Positions 46,420 to 56,500 of a DNA stretch of 64,000 nt are shown piece by piece. Each line of letters starts with the position of its first letter. The stretch's first letter is position 1. The position numbers and the translations under genes are program-made. Under the pieces are notes generated by a model. That model had not been told where the DNA came from. It made no database searches and worked only from the letters and a program-made list of their open reading frames with translations. This DNA is from an uncultured virus (IMG/VR IMGVR_UViG_3300046507_000547) (Duplodnaviria; Heunggongvirae; Uroviricota; Caudoviricetes): the IMG/VR virus record IMGVR_UViG_3300046507_000547; one strand, written 5' to 3'.

Positions 46420-46694
46420 GGGACATCGAAGCCGCCTACAAGGACGCCCTGGTCGAGGAGTACGAGGCCTACGTGCGCGCCAACCGAAAGGCAGACGCCG
46501 AGCAGGTTGCCGCAGTACTGAAGGATCGGTACGACCACGACGTCGCCGAGCAGGACAGCGACACCGAGGAGAAGAAGCCTTCGCCGGCGCCGGAGCGCGC
46601 GGACGCCGAGAAGGCGCCGGAGAACACGGCCGAGCCGAAGCCTCGTCGCACGCCGCGCGCGAAGACCGCCTCGGACGACAAGGCCGGCAGCTGA
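46416..46694 (+). CDS. hypothetical virion-region protein
   Basis: ATGA-coupled. Confidence 0.7.
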   Translation: MRDIEAAYKDALVEEYEAYVRANRKADAEQVAAVLKDRYDHDVAEQDSDTEEKKPSPAPERADAEKAPENTAEPKPRRTPRAKTASDDKAGS

Positions 46695-46804
46695 TGGGCG
46701 GCCAGGTGTTCGTTCTGACCGTCGAGGCGTCGGGCGAGGTCACGCCCGCACCCGAGCCCGAGGCTGACGAACCTTCCGACGAGGAGGAGCTGAGCGATGG
46801 CTGA
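46694..46804 (+). CDS. small acidic protein
   Basis: TGATG-coupled, 36 aa. Confidence 0.45.
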   Translation: MGGQVFVLTVEASGEVTPAPEPEADEPSDEEELSDG

Positions 46805-47195
46805 AGGGCTGTCCACCACCCTGGTGAGCAACTGGCTGAACACCTTGCGGGCCGCTGGCGCGGCGTTCGGTCCGGTTGCTGCGCAGTACGCGCAGCTGCA
46901 CACCGCCAACCCTGGTGCTGCGGGTACGACCGCCATCTCTGCGGGCTCCAACACTCGCGTGATCTTCACACATGCCGCGTCGTCTGGCGGGTCGGCGCTT
47001 GCGCTCACCGGTACGAACCCGGCGTGGACCAACGGCGGCACCAGCGAGACGCTGACCGACATCTCCGTGTGGACCGCGTCGTCGGGCGGCACGTTCCTGT
47101 ACTCGGTGGCGCTCACCACATCGAAGGCGTGGGCGTCGGGCGACACGTTCACATTGACCGCCCATACCGTAAGCCTGTCGCCCCAAGCTGCCTGA
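46797..47195 (+). CDS. virion structural protein
   Basis: YAQLHTANPGAAGT...SVWTASSGGTFL..GDTFT. Confidence 0.8.
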   Translation: MAEGLSTTLVSNWLNTLRAAGAAFGPVAAQYAQLHTANPGAAGTTAISAGSNTRVIFTHAASSGGSALALTGTNPAWTNGGTSETLTDISVWTASSGGTFLYSVALTTSKAWASGDTFTLTAHTVSLSPQAA

Positions 47196-47210
47196 TCGGG
47201 GAGGGACCGC

Positions 47211-47669
47211 ATGGCCCGCTACAGCGTGGCTGCTGCCGCAGTGAAAGCGTCCGTGAGCGCGACGGACAAGGCGATGTGGAACGTGAAGGCCGGGGCCACC
47301 AAGTCGCTGGCGATCTACGAGATCGGCGTGTTCCTGGAGTCCGGCACCGCCGCGGCGATCGGCTTCGCGCTGCTGCGGATGCTTGCCGTCGGCACGGGTG
47401 CCATCACCTCCGACACACCGACCGCGGAGGATCCCGCCCTCGGCGCGGCCAGTGCGGTCCTGGAGAAGACGTGGGCCACCACCGACCCGACGACGACGGG
47501 CAACGCGCTGCGGCGCGGCACCACCCCGGCGACGCTCGGTACCGGATTCATCTGGGTCTTCCCTGCTCCGGGACTGATTGTTCCGGCGGCGGGCGGTCTG
47601 GTGATTGCTCAGACGGCGGCGGCGACCACGGCGAACCTGCGTTGCTACGTCGGCCTCGACGAGAACTGA
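47211..47669 (+). CDS. virion structural protein
   Basis: Ala/Thr-rich, beta-type protein. Confidence 0.7.
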   Translation: MARYSVAAAAVKASVSATDKAMWNVKAGATKSLAIYEIGVFLESGTAAAIGFALLRMLAVGTGAITSDTPTAEDPALGAASAVLEKTWATTDPTTTGNALRRGTTPATLGTGFIWVFPAPGLIVPAAGGLVIAQTAAATTANLRCYVGLDEN

Positions 47670-47672
47670 CCC

Positions 47673-49064
47673 ATGGCTGCGGGGCGCGTCGGCGCGAGCG
47701 GCTTCGCCACCGCGGGCGGCACCTCGCGGACCGGAATGCGGTCGCGGATCGTTCAGAGTCCACCTTCACAGGCCGGCCCGGGATGGATGGGCGGCCCGGC
47801 CGCCAGGGTGTCGCCGAGGATGCCCGGCTCCGACATTGCGGCCGTCGGGCTCGCGCTCGGCTCCTTCACGGACTCCTTCGATGACAACTTCACGGATCCG
47901 GCGCTGTGGCCGAACTCCTTCGGCAACTACTCGGAGACGGGCGGCAGGGCTCGCGTCTCTTGCGATGCGGGCTTCAATGCCTACTCGTCGGCGCTCACCT
48001 ACCGGCTTGCCGAGTCGTCCATGTTCCTGCGGGTGTACCCGCCGGCGGCTGGTGGCGCGACGACCGAGGCGTGGACGCAGATCCTGATCAAACAGCAGAC
48101 GAACGGTACCGACCTCGGATTCGAGATCTCGCCGCTGTCCGGGAACCTGACGATGTTCTCCCGCACCGGCTTCTTCGATGCGGGCGCGGTCGCCATCACC
48201 TACGATCCGGCCGCGCACGCGTGGCTGCGAGTCCGCGAGACAGGCGGCACGGTCTACTGGGACACCAGCCCGGACACGCTCACTTGGACGAACCAGCGGA
48301 CGCTGACCAGCCCGACATGGGTGAACGACCCGAACCTCGAATATCAGCTGATCGCGCACCGCTCAGACGGCACCGCCGACTTCGCCGAGTACGACAACCT
48401 CAACACGCCAGTCAACGTGGTGCAGGGGCAAGCGTCCTTGACCACGTCGGCGTCCCTTACGGCCGGCGGCGCAGTTTCGGCCGCAGGTTCGGCGAGTCTT
48501 GCGGGCACGGCAGGGCTGTCGGCGGCGGGGACCCGGGCCGCTTCCGGTGGCGCCACCCTGGCCGCGACGGCATCCGTGACAGCCAGTGGCGTGCGGGCGG
48601 CAACCTCTGCGGCGACCTTGGCTGCGGCAGCGTCGGTAAGCGCTGCGGGCAGCACGGGTACCTCTGGTTCTGCGGTCCTTGCGGCTTCGGGGTCGCTCAC
48701 TGCGGATGGTGCTGTGCAGAAGGCGTCGTCGGCTACCGCGGCAGGCACGGCAGCGCTGACTGCGAATGGGCAGTTGGGTGCGGCTGGCACTGCTGGAGCG
48801 ACGGTCAGCGTCACGGCTGTGGCCGCGGGCGCGGCAGGCCGGGCACTGAGCGGAGTGCTGACGGGCGCCGCGGGTTTTGCGGCAGACGGCTCGCTGGCGG
48901 CGGTGAGCGGCGGCGCTGTGGCGGCTTCGGTCCTGCTGCAGGCGTCCGGACAGGTGACGGCGCCCGTGGTGGCGGGGAAGGCGCGCGCAGGAGTCGGCGG
49001 AGGTCCGTCGGCGAGGGGTGGAGTTCCGGCGGTGGCAATGGCGAGGGCTGGAGGCGGATCGTGA
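47673..49064 (+). CDS. fibre/decoration-like protein (globular domain plus Ala/Gly/Ser repeats)
   Basis: about 20-aa repeats GxAxLAxTASVTAxG; start could be 47820. Confidence 0.7.
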   Translation: MAAGRVGASGFATAGGTSRTGMRSRIVQSPPSQAGPGWMGGPAARVSPRMPGSDIAAVGLALGSFTDSFDDNFTDPALWPNSFGNYSETGGRARVSCDAGFNAYSSALTYRLAESSMFLRVYPPAAGGATTEAWTQILIKQQTNGTDLGFEISPLSGNLTMFSRTGFFDAGAVAITYDPAAHAWLRVRETGGTVYWDTSPDTLTWTNQRTLTSPTWVNDPNLEYQLIAHRSDGTADFAEYDNLNTPVNVVQGQASLTTSASLTAGGAVSAAGSASLAGTAGLSAAGTRAASGGATLAATASVTASGVRAATSAATLAAAASVSAAGSTGTSGSAVLAASGSLTADGAVQKASSATAAGTAALTANGQLGAAGTAGATVSVTAVAAGAAGRALSGVLTGAAGFAADGSLAAVSGGAVAASVLLQASGQVTAPVVAGKARAGVGGGPSARGGVPAVAMARAGGGS

Positions 49065-49867
49065 TCGACCTGGGGTCCGTCTATCAGATAGCAGTCGACG
49101 TCCTGGACGCTTCGGGCAGTCCTGCCGACCCGTCGTCGTCGACGCTGACTATCACCCTTCCGGACGGGACCACGGCCACGCCGACGGTCCCGGCGCCGGC
49201 CACGGCGGGGCAACTGCGGGTCGACTACGTGACGTCGCAGGTGGGCCGCCACGCCTGGCGGATGGTCACGGTCGGCCCCACCACGGCCTATACGGACGTC
49301 TTCGATGTGCGGCCCGCGATTCCGGGCGGCATCGTGTCGCTGGCGGATGCGCGCGCTCAGCTCAACATGGGTGCCACGGAGACCGCGGACGATGACGAGC
49401 TGCGCGGGTTCATCGGGGCGGCGACTGGGGCGGTGGAGCGGGCGCTGGGGCGGACGGTGGTCCGGCGCTCGTTCACCGACCGATTCGAAGTCGGTGGGGG
49501 GACCGCGGAGTTGCTGCTGCGGAATGTTCCGGTGCTGTCGCTCACCTCGGTCGCCTCGGCGGACGGCACCACGACCTGGAGTACGGCGAACTTGCGGGTG
49601 GATAGCGAGACGGGCCTGGTGACGGTCGTCTCCGGCGCTGCACTCACCGGCGCCGTGGACGTCACGTATCAGGCGGGCGACACGGTGATCCGAGAGGACT
49701 ACCGGCTCGCTGCCCTGATCATCGTGCAGCATCTGTGGGAAACGCAGCGCGGCACCATGGGCGTGCAGCTCGGCGGCGACAACGAGCCCTACGTCGCAGG
49801 CCGCGGGTTCGCGATCCCGCGGCGGGCCCTGGAGTTGCTGGATACCCAGCTGCCGGGGGTGGCCTGA
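49061..49867 (+). CDS. head-tail connector/adaptor
   Basis: IVSLADARAQLN..DDDELRGFI.AA; ALIIVQHLWETQR. Confidence 0.85.
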   Translation: MIDLGSVYQIAVDVLDASGSPADPSSSTLTITLPDGTTATPTVPAPATAGQLRVDYVTSQVGRHAWRMVTVGPTTAYTDVFDVRPAIPGGIVSLADARAQLNMGATETADDDELRGFIGAATGAVERALGRTVVRRSFTDRFEVGGGTAELLLRNVPVLSLTSVASADGTTTWSTANLRVDSETGLVTVVSGAALTGAVDVTYQAGDTVIREDYRLAALIIVQHLWETQRGTMGVQLGGDNEPYVAGRGFAIPRRALELLDTQLPGVA

Positions 49868-50328
49868 TGGTGTGGACGTCCCGTCTACCCGCCGCCATGG
49901 ATGCCCTCGTTGCCGCTTTCAACGCCGCGCCTGAACTGGCGGGCGTGACAGTGCGAGACGGGCCGTCGACGTCACAGGCGACTGTCCGGGAGGTGATCTC
50001 GGTCGGCTACACGGGCACCGAGGGCGAGTCTGATGCGGAATCCCAGCTAATGACCGAGGGGCTTGGCGGTTCCTCGGATCGGGAGCAGTTCACCATCCGG
50101 TGTGCGGCAGCCGCATTGCGCGGCACCACCGATCTACCGGCGGCCCGGCAGCGGGCTTACGAGCTGCTGTCAGCTGCCGGTGCGGCCATCGCCCGGGACC
50201 GCACGCTGGGCGGGGCGGTCATGCGCGCCATGGTCGGCTCGCACTCGCTCACTCAGGGACAGACCAACGATGGCGCGCAGGCAGTCGTCGTGTTCGAGGT
50301 GTCCTGCGACTCCTACAGTGGCATCTAG
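49867..50328 (+). CDS. tail completion/terminator-like protein
   Basis: TGATG-coupled; DRTLGG motif. Confidence 0.7.
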   Translation: MVWTSRLPAAMDALVAAFNAAPELAGVTVRDGPSTSQATVREVISVGYTGTEGESDAESQLMTEGLGGSSDREQFTIRCAAAALRGTTDLPAARQRAYELLSAAGAAIARDRTLGGAVMRAMVGSHSLTQGQTNDGAQAVVVFEVSCDSYSGI

Positions 50329-50564
50329 GGCTGCTCGTCTCGGGCTCGTGCCTCGCGAGCTCCTCGGATGACGCCGCGGCCCACGTGCCTGCCAGCCCAT
50401 GCGAGGAGCCGGTACCCGCATCCGACCACGAGCAGCGTGACCGTGGCGTAGGCGAGCGCCATCAAGGTCAGCAGGACCAGGCCGCCGAGGCTCTTCCAGT
50501 GCGATCCCACGAGATGCCAGCCCCATACGGGCACGGTCACGAACCACCACTTCAGGACAGTCAT
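50325..50564 (-). CDS. small reverse-strand membrane protein
   Basis: Trp-rich, TM helix; antisense within the structural operon. Confidence 0.55.
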   Translation of the reverse strand: MTVLKWWFVTVPVWGWHLVGSHWKSLGGLVLLTLMALAYATVTLLVVGCGYRLLAWAGRHVGRGVIRGAREARARDEQP

Positions 50565-50618
50565 GCGCGGATCGTCCTCGCGTGCTGATGACACGTCAAT
50601 CAGAACAGGAGCACGCGG

Positions 50619-50960
50619 ATGACCGCGCTCGTCACCCAAGCCGTCCCGAATGTGGGCGTCGATATCTCCACCTCGCTCGTCGCTGCCGCCAATGGCGACA
50701 CCGCGGCATGCGGGCCTGGCACGTTCCTGCTGGTCAAGAACGCCAGCGGCGCGGGCATCACCGTCACGCTGACGACACCCGGCCAGATCGACGGCCGGCT
50801 CGCCATCGCGGACAGCACATCGCCGAGCATCGCGCTGACCACCGGGCTCGGCGTCATCCCGCTCATCGCTTCGCTGTACGCGGATCCGACGACCGGGCTG
50901 GCGAGCATCGCCTACTCGGCCACCGGTTCGGTGACTGTCGCGGTGGTGAGGGTCCCGTGA
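50619..50960 (+). CDS. virion protein
   Basis: AGGAG SD; FLLVKNASG. Confidence 0.75.
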   Translation: MTALVTQAVPNVGVDISTSLVAAANGDTAACGPGTFLLVKNASGAGITVTLTTPGQIDGRLAIADSTSPSIALTTGLGVIPLIASLYADPTTGLASIAYSATGSVTVAVVRVP

Positions 50961-51235
50961 GCACCGTCATCCTCCGGCACCCGACTCTGCCGGAAACCCA
51001 GGAGATCGAAGTCGACGCCGACGCCCTGCCGCACTACACGGGCGCGGGCTGGCAGCAGGTCCCAGCCGACGAGCTCGAGCAGCGTGCCGCGCTGAAGGCG
51101 CAGGCAGCCGAGGAAACGGACCGGGCGGCCGAGACCGCAGACGAGCCGGAGCAGTCGGAGCCGGCGGAACCCACCGACAGGCCGGCGCGGTCGCGCACCA
51201 AGACGGCCGCCAAGAAGAACGAAGAGGAGAGCTGA
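50957..51235 (+). CDS. hypothetical protein
   Basis: GTGA-coupled; LRHPTLP..GW. Confidence 0.65.
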   Translation: MSTVILRHPTLPETQEIEVDADALPHYTGAGWQQVPADELEQRAALKAQAAEETDRAAETADEPEQSEPAEPTDRPARSRTKTAAKKNEEES

Positions 51236-51238
51236 CCC

Positions 51239-51718
51239 ATGGTGGCCACGCCGATCGCTGCAACGTCCCGGTACATCCCGCCGGGTACGACCCGCTACTA
51301 CTGGGTCGCGACCATCTCCAACTATCTGTCGCCGAGCCGTGCGGAACTGAACGCTGGCTCCGACCTGACGGCCGAGGTTCAGGCCGTATCTGGCTTCGCA
51401 ACGAGCAGTGACCAGCAGGACACCCCGGACCTCGGCACGCGCTTCGTGTCGAAGATCCCGGGCCGTATCACCGCCGACGACTCTTCAGTCACGCTGTATG
51501 CGTCGTCCAACTCGGCGGACGCGCGAACCCTGATGCCGCGTGATGCTGCCGGATTCATCGTCATCTTCCCCGAGGGGGACGTGACCAGCCAGAAGATGGA
51601 CGTGTTCCCGGTGAAGGTCACGGGCGTCCCGAAGTCACGGGACGTGGAGAACCCGGCCACGATGACGTTCCAGTATGCGATCACCAAGGTGCCCGCTGAG
51701 AACGTCACGATTCCGTAG
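51239..51718 (+). CDS. major tail (tube) protein
   Basis: PSRAELNAGSDLT, DTPDLGTRFVSKIPGR, DVFPVKV. Confidence 0.85.
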   Translation: MVATPIAATSRYIPPGTTRYYWVATISNYLSPSRAELNAGSDLTAEVQAVSGFATSSDQQDTPDLGTRFVSKIPGRITADDSSVTLYASSNSADARTLMPRDAAGFIVIFPEGDVTSQKMDVFPVKVTGVPKSRDVENPATMTFQYAITKVPAENVTIP

Positions 51719-51814
51719 GCGACATGGGCGCTCACCTGCGACAATAGAGGAAGCCGCTCGGCGCCTACCGAACGGCTTCCAACCCACCTTCTCGACGGTA
51801 CCGAGAGGCGAGCC

Positions 51815-52435
51815 ATGCCCCAGATTATCTGCTCCGTTGACGAGTGCGAGCGTCCAGTCCTGGTTAAGTCGCGTGGATGGTGCAGGATGCACTACCTGCG
51901 ATGGCGAAAGACTGGCGACCTCGGGCCCGCTCAAAGCTTGAAGCTCAAGAACGGGAGCGAATGCGCGGTCGATGGCTGCGTCGGCCAGCCACGGAAACGC
52001 GGCATGTGCGAGATGCACTATCGCCGACGGCGCATCCATGGCGACCCGGGCCAGGCCGCGAAGCTGTGCCAGCGGAATCCCACTGAGTGCACCATGGACG
52101 ACTGCACCCGAACACCAAAGGCCCGCGGCCTATGTGAAATGCACTATGTGCGCCAGTGGAAGCATGGCGATCCGAATCGCGTCGACCAGACGAGCGGTAA
52201 CTTCCGCGGCGACAACATCGGCTACTCCGGAATTCACATGCGTGTTCGGTCACTGCGGGGTCCGGCAACACAGCACCACTGCCGTCACTGTGGCGATGGC
52301 GCCGAGCAGTGGGCATACGACCACGGCGACTCCAACGAGCGTCGCGATGACGAGGGTCGGCTGTACAGCACAGAGGCAAGCCACTACATGCCGCTCTGCG
52401 TCCCTTGTCATCGGGAGCTTGACGGCCTGCCGTAG
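51815..52435 (+). CDS. HNH-like homing endonuclease with three Cys-rich repeats
   Basis: three C.VD.C......RG.C.MHY.R....GD repeats; C-terminal YSGIH.RV...CRHC...DH...LCVPCH. Confidence 0.7.
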   Translation: MPQIICSVDECERPVLVKSRGWCRMHYLRWRKTGDLGPAQSLKLKNGSECAVDGCVGQPRKRGMCEMHYRRRRIHGDPGQAAKLCQRNPTECTMDDCTRTPKARGLCEMHYVRQWKHGDPNRVDQTSGNFRGDNIGYSGIHMRVRSLRGPATQHHCRHCGDGAEQWAYDHGDSNERRDDEGRLYSTEASHYMPLCVPCHRELDGLP

Positions 52436-52450
52436 GGAGGTGGATGCGTA

Positions 52451-52930
52451 ATGGCAGGGGAGTGGGGGCTGCGTCACGGCAATGACCTGCGGCGCATCTC
52501 CCGCGAATTGCGCGGCATGGACAACAAAGAGATCAAGAAGCGGTTCGCCAAGGAACTACGGGCCGCCGCCAAGCCGCTCGTGCCCGTGGTCCGCAACTCG
52601 ATCCGCTCCATCCCGTCGAAGCGCGCCTACAGCGCGTCCGGCCTGCGCGGGAATCTGTCGCGCGCCACGAAGCTCGAGGTCCGCACCGTCGGCCGGCAGG
52701 CGGGCATCGCGATCCGCGTCGACGGCCGCAAAATGCCCACCCACATGAAGGGCCTACCGAAGGCTGTCGAGGGTACGAAGCGCTGGCGTCACCCCGTCTT
52801 CGGCCACCGTGACCGGTGGGTCAACCAGCCGAAACAGCCCTACTTCTTCCACGTCGTGCGACCTCTCGGCCCCGCCTCACGCAAAGCGGTCAACCGCGTC
52901 CTCGACGGCATCTCACGAGACATCCGCTAG
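52451..52930 (+). CDS. HK97 gp10-like tail/neck protein
   Basis: basic; WRHPVFG..WVNQ..PYF. Confidence 0.7.
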   Translation: MAGEWGLRHGNDLRRISRELRGMDNKEIKKRFAKELRAAAKPLVPVVRNSIRSIPSKRAYSASGLRGNLSRATKLEVRTVGRQAGIAIRVDGRKMPTHMKGLPKAVEGTKRWRHPVFGHRDRWVNQPKQPYFFHVVRPLGPASRKAVNRVLDGISRDIR

Positions 52931-52937
52931 GAGAACC

Positions 52938-53375
52938 ATGGCCCTGTCCCGAGACGGCATCCTCGGAGCCGTAGACGTCCAGACCGAGAAAGTCTTCGTC
53001 AAGGAGTGGGGGGACGACGTCATCGTCCGTGGCCTCACCGGCGACGAGCTCGACGCCTTCCAGGGTTCGGTCCGGCAGTTCCGGCCCACCTTCGACGGCA
53101 AGGGCATGGAAGCTGTCCTCGTCCAGGAAGGCATGCGGGCCAAGCTCCTCGTGAAGTGCCTCATTGACGAGTCCGGGGAGCGGCTGTTCACCGACCAGGA
53201 CGCGTCCGCGCTCGGCGCGAAGAACGGTGCCGTCATCGACAAGCTGTACGACGTCGCTTCCCGCCTGTCCGGCCTGTCCGAGGAGGAGAAGGCTGAGCTG
53301 GAGGGAAACTCCGATCCGGCGGAGAGCGCCGGTTCTACTTCTTCCTCGCCCGACGCGTCTTCCACTGCTCTGTAG
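52938..53375 (+). CDS. tail assembly chaperone (G)
   Basis: LSRDGIL...VKEWG...VRGLTG; EGN slippery site. Confidence 0.85.
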   Translation: MALSRDGILGAVDVQTEKVFVKEWGDDVIVRGLTGDELDAFQGSVRQFRPTFDGKGMEAVLVQEGMRAKLLVKCLIDESGERLFTDQDASALGAKNGAVIDKLYDVASRLSGLSEEEKAELEGNSDPAESAGSTSSSPDASSTAL

Positions 53376-53503
53376 CGGAGATGCTCCGACGGGTTTCCGC
53401 CCGGGAGCTCACCGAGTGGGAGATCTATTTCCGCCTCGAAGACGAGGACCGCGAGGCCGCCGAGAACGAGGCTGCTGAGCCCCGCCACCGCAACTGGCCC
53501 TGA
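53303..53503 (+). CDS. tail assembly chaperone -1 frameshift extension (GT)
   Basis: G GGA AAC at 53303-53309; -1 frame reads KLRSGGERRFYFFLAR...SARELTEWEIYF...NWP*. Confidence 0.8.
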   Translation, partial: GKLRSGGERRFYFFLARRVFHCSVAEMLRRVSARELTEWEIYFRLEDEDREAAENEAAEPRHRNWP

Positions 53504-53528
53504 CCACCCGTGAGTGAGGGGAGGCGTC

Positions 53529-56500
53529 ATGACCAGTTCCAGCATCGTCTACCGGCTCATCGCCCACGACAGCGCATCCCGCACCTTCAATACCGTGGGC
53601 CGGTCGGCGAGCAGCACGGAGCGCACGCTCGCGAAGCTCGGCCAGACCGCCGTCAAGGCGGGCGCGGCCATGGCTGCCGGGCTCGCGGTGGGACTGGGTG
53701 AGTCGGCGAAGAAGGCAGCCGAGTTCCAGTCCGAGATGACTCGGATCTCGACGCAGGCCGGCGGCACCGCGAAGGACGTCAAAGTCCTGTCGGATCAGGT
53801 GCTGAAGCTGGGCACGTCTACCCAGCAGGGTCCGCAGCACCTCGCCGAATCGCTGTACCACCTGAAGAGCGTCGGCATGGACAACGTGTCGGCGATGAAG
53901 GCGCTGAAGGAGTCCGCGGACCTGGCCGCGGTCGGCCACGCCAACCTTGAGGAGACCACCAACGCCCTGGCGGGCGCCTGGCGTACCGGCATCAAGGGCG
54001 CCACCTCGTTCCACGAGGCTGTCTCCACGGTCAACGCGATCATCGGCGCGGGCAACATGAGCATGGACGCTTTCAACGCGGCCATCGGTACCGGCATCCT
54101 GCCCTCGGCGAAGACGTTCGGCCTGTCGATGAAGCAAGTCGGTGCCGCCTTGGCCCTGATGACGGACGAGGGTATCGACTCTGCGTCGGCCGCTACCCGG
54201 CTGCGCATGAGCTTCTCGCTGCTCGGCGCCCCGTCTAAGGCGGCAGAAAAGCAGCTCGGGAAAATCGGGCTCACCGGCCTGAACTTGGCCGACGCGATGC
54301 GCGGCCCCAAGGGTTTGATCGGCGCCATCGGACTGTTGAAGGAGCACCTCGACAAGTCGGGGCTGTCCGCATCGAAGCAGTCCCAGCTGCTGTCCCGCGC
54401 GTTCGGCGGGGGCCGTTCCTCGAGCGGCATCCTGCTCATGCTCAACAACCTCGACGTGCTCGAGAAGAAGCAGGAGCAGATCAACCGATCGACGGGCAAG
54501 TTCGACGACGCGGTCAAGATGCAGCGCAAGACCGCCGAGGCCCAATGGCACCTGCTCACCTCGAACCTCGAAGTAATGGGCATCCGGGTCGGCACGAAGG
54601 TGCTGCCCCCGGTCACCAGCTTCATCCACTTCCTGGCCACCGATGCGATGCCGACCGCCGCGCGCTTCGGCCGCGCCATGGCCGCGATCGTTCCCGTGGA
54701 TCAGATCAAGCAAGGATTCTCCCAAGCGCAGGGCATGGTCGGAGACTTCCTCAAGGGCTTCTCCGGGACCAAGAAGGCCACCTCGGATCTTCTGGGCGGC
54801 CTGTTCGATACATCGCCACACCTGGGCAGCAGCAAGGCGTCCGTGGCCTCCAAGGGGCCCGCGTTGGCGCCGATGCCGCACTTCGGCGTGGGTCAGGTGG
54901 CGCCCACCACCGGTGTGCAGGGGCCTGCCCTGGCGCCTATGCCGCACGGTGGGTCGGGGCTGGTGGCCTCGCTCGTGTCGCCGAAGGCGAAGCCGCCCAA
55001 GAGTGCTGCTCAGAAGATCGGCGAGACGATTCGCCGGGCCATCTCTGGCGGCTTCAAGGACATCAACTGGGGCAACCTGGGCTCGATCCTCGGCAAGGGC
55101 CTCGGGGATGCGATCGGCTGGGTCGGGAAGCACACCGCCGACTTCACCAAGAAGATCGCGAAGGTCTTCGCTGGCCTGGACTTCGTCGAGATCGGCAAGG
55201 GCTTCGGGGCGTCCGCGATTCCGCTCGCGATCGGCTTCATCAAGTCGGTGTTCGACCCCCTGTTCAGCCTCGACTTCTGGAAGAAGCACTGGCTCGACAC
55301 GATCCTTGCGGTCATCTCGATCATCCCGATCGGTCGCGTCGCCGGAGTACTCGGCAAGGTCTTCGAGCACATCCCGTTCCTGAAGGTCTTCGAGCCGCTA
55401 CTCAAGGGCGTCGGGAAGCTCGGCGGCTGGATCGAGAAGGCCTTCGGCAAGGCCGTGAAGTTCTTCGGTACGAACCTGTGGAGGGGGCTCGCCAAGGTCT
55501 TCCCTGAGGCCGCAAGCGTCGTTGAACGCGAAAGCGGGCTGCTCACCACGCGCATCGGCGTGTGGGGCATCAAGCTGATGGACAAGGGCAAGGCCGCCAT
55601 CCACTTCCTGGGCAACGGCATCCGTGATGGAGCCGGCTGGGTCATTGCGAAAGTCGGCGAGATCGTCGGCCTCGTCGTGAAGCCTTTCGTCAAGGCTGGC
55701 GGCTGGCTGATCCGCAAGGGTGCCGACGTCGCGCGGGGCTTCGGCGGCGGTATCGCCCGGGGCGGCCGGAGCATTGGCGGCTTCGCCAAGAAGTGGGTCA
55801 TCGACCCGGTTGTTGGCGCCTTCTCGCGTGCCGGGTCGTGGCTGCTGTCCAAGGGGCGTGCGCTCGTCTCCGGTTTCAGGGGCGGCGTGAGTGCTGGCGC
55901 GAAGGCGATCGGGGGCTGGGTGTTCGACCGCATCTTGGTGCCCGTCGCCAACTGGATGGCCAGATCCGGAAGGTGGCTGATCGGCAAGGGCAGTGCGCTG
56001 GTGTCCGGCTTCAAGTCGGGCGTCAGCGCCGGGGCCAAGGTGATCGGGAGCTGGACGATTTCGCACATCGTCAGCCCGGTTCTGAGCCGCTTCACCAAGG
56101 CGGGCGGCTGGCTCGTGAGCAAGGGCGGCTCGCTGATCTCCGGCTTCAAGAGCGGGATCGTCGGAACGATGAAGGGCATCGGCTCTTGGATCAAGAAGAC
56201 CATGGTCGATCCCGTCGTCAACGCGGTGAAGCACTTCTTCGGCATCCGCTCGCCCAGCCGCGTTTTCATGGGCATCGGCGGCCACATCGTCTCCGGCCTC
56301 ATGAAGGGCATGGCGAAGACCAGCGGCACGGCCATCGCGAAGAAGGTCTTCGGCAGCTTGCCCAAGGCCCTCGGATCGATCGTCAAGAAGGGCTTGGTCA
56401 GCATCACCAAACTGCCCGGGAAGGCCCTCAAGGCGCTCGGTGGGCTGGGCGGCGACGTTCTCGGTCTCCTTGGTCTGGGCGGGAGCGGCGGCGGCTCGTC

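Noticed and set aside
54850..56200. Repeats in the tape measure gene (GPALAPMPH x2; about 40-aa KAGGWL..KG..LVSGF units) as a DGR or variable cassette
   Set aside because: These are in-frame protein repeats normal for tape measures, and no reverse transcriptase is present in the window.
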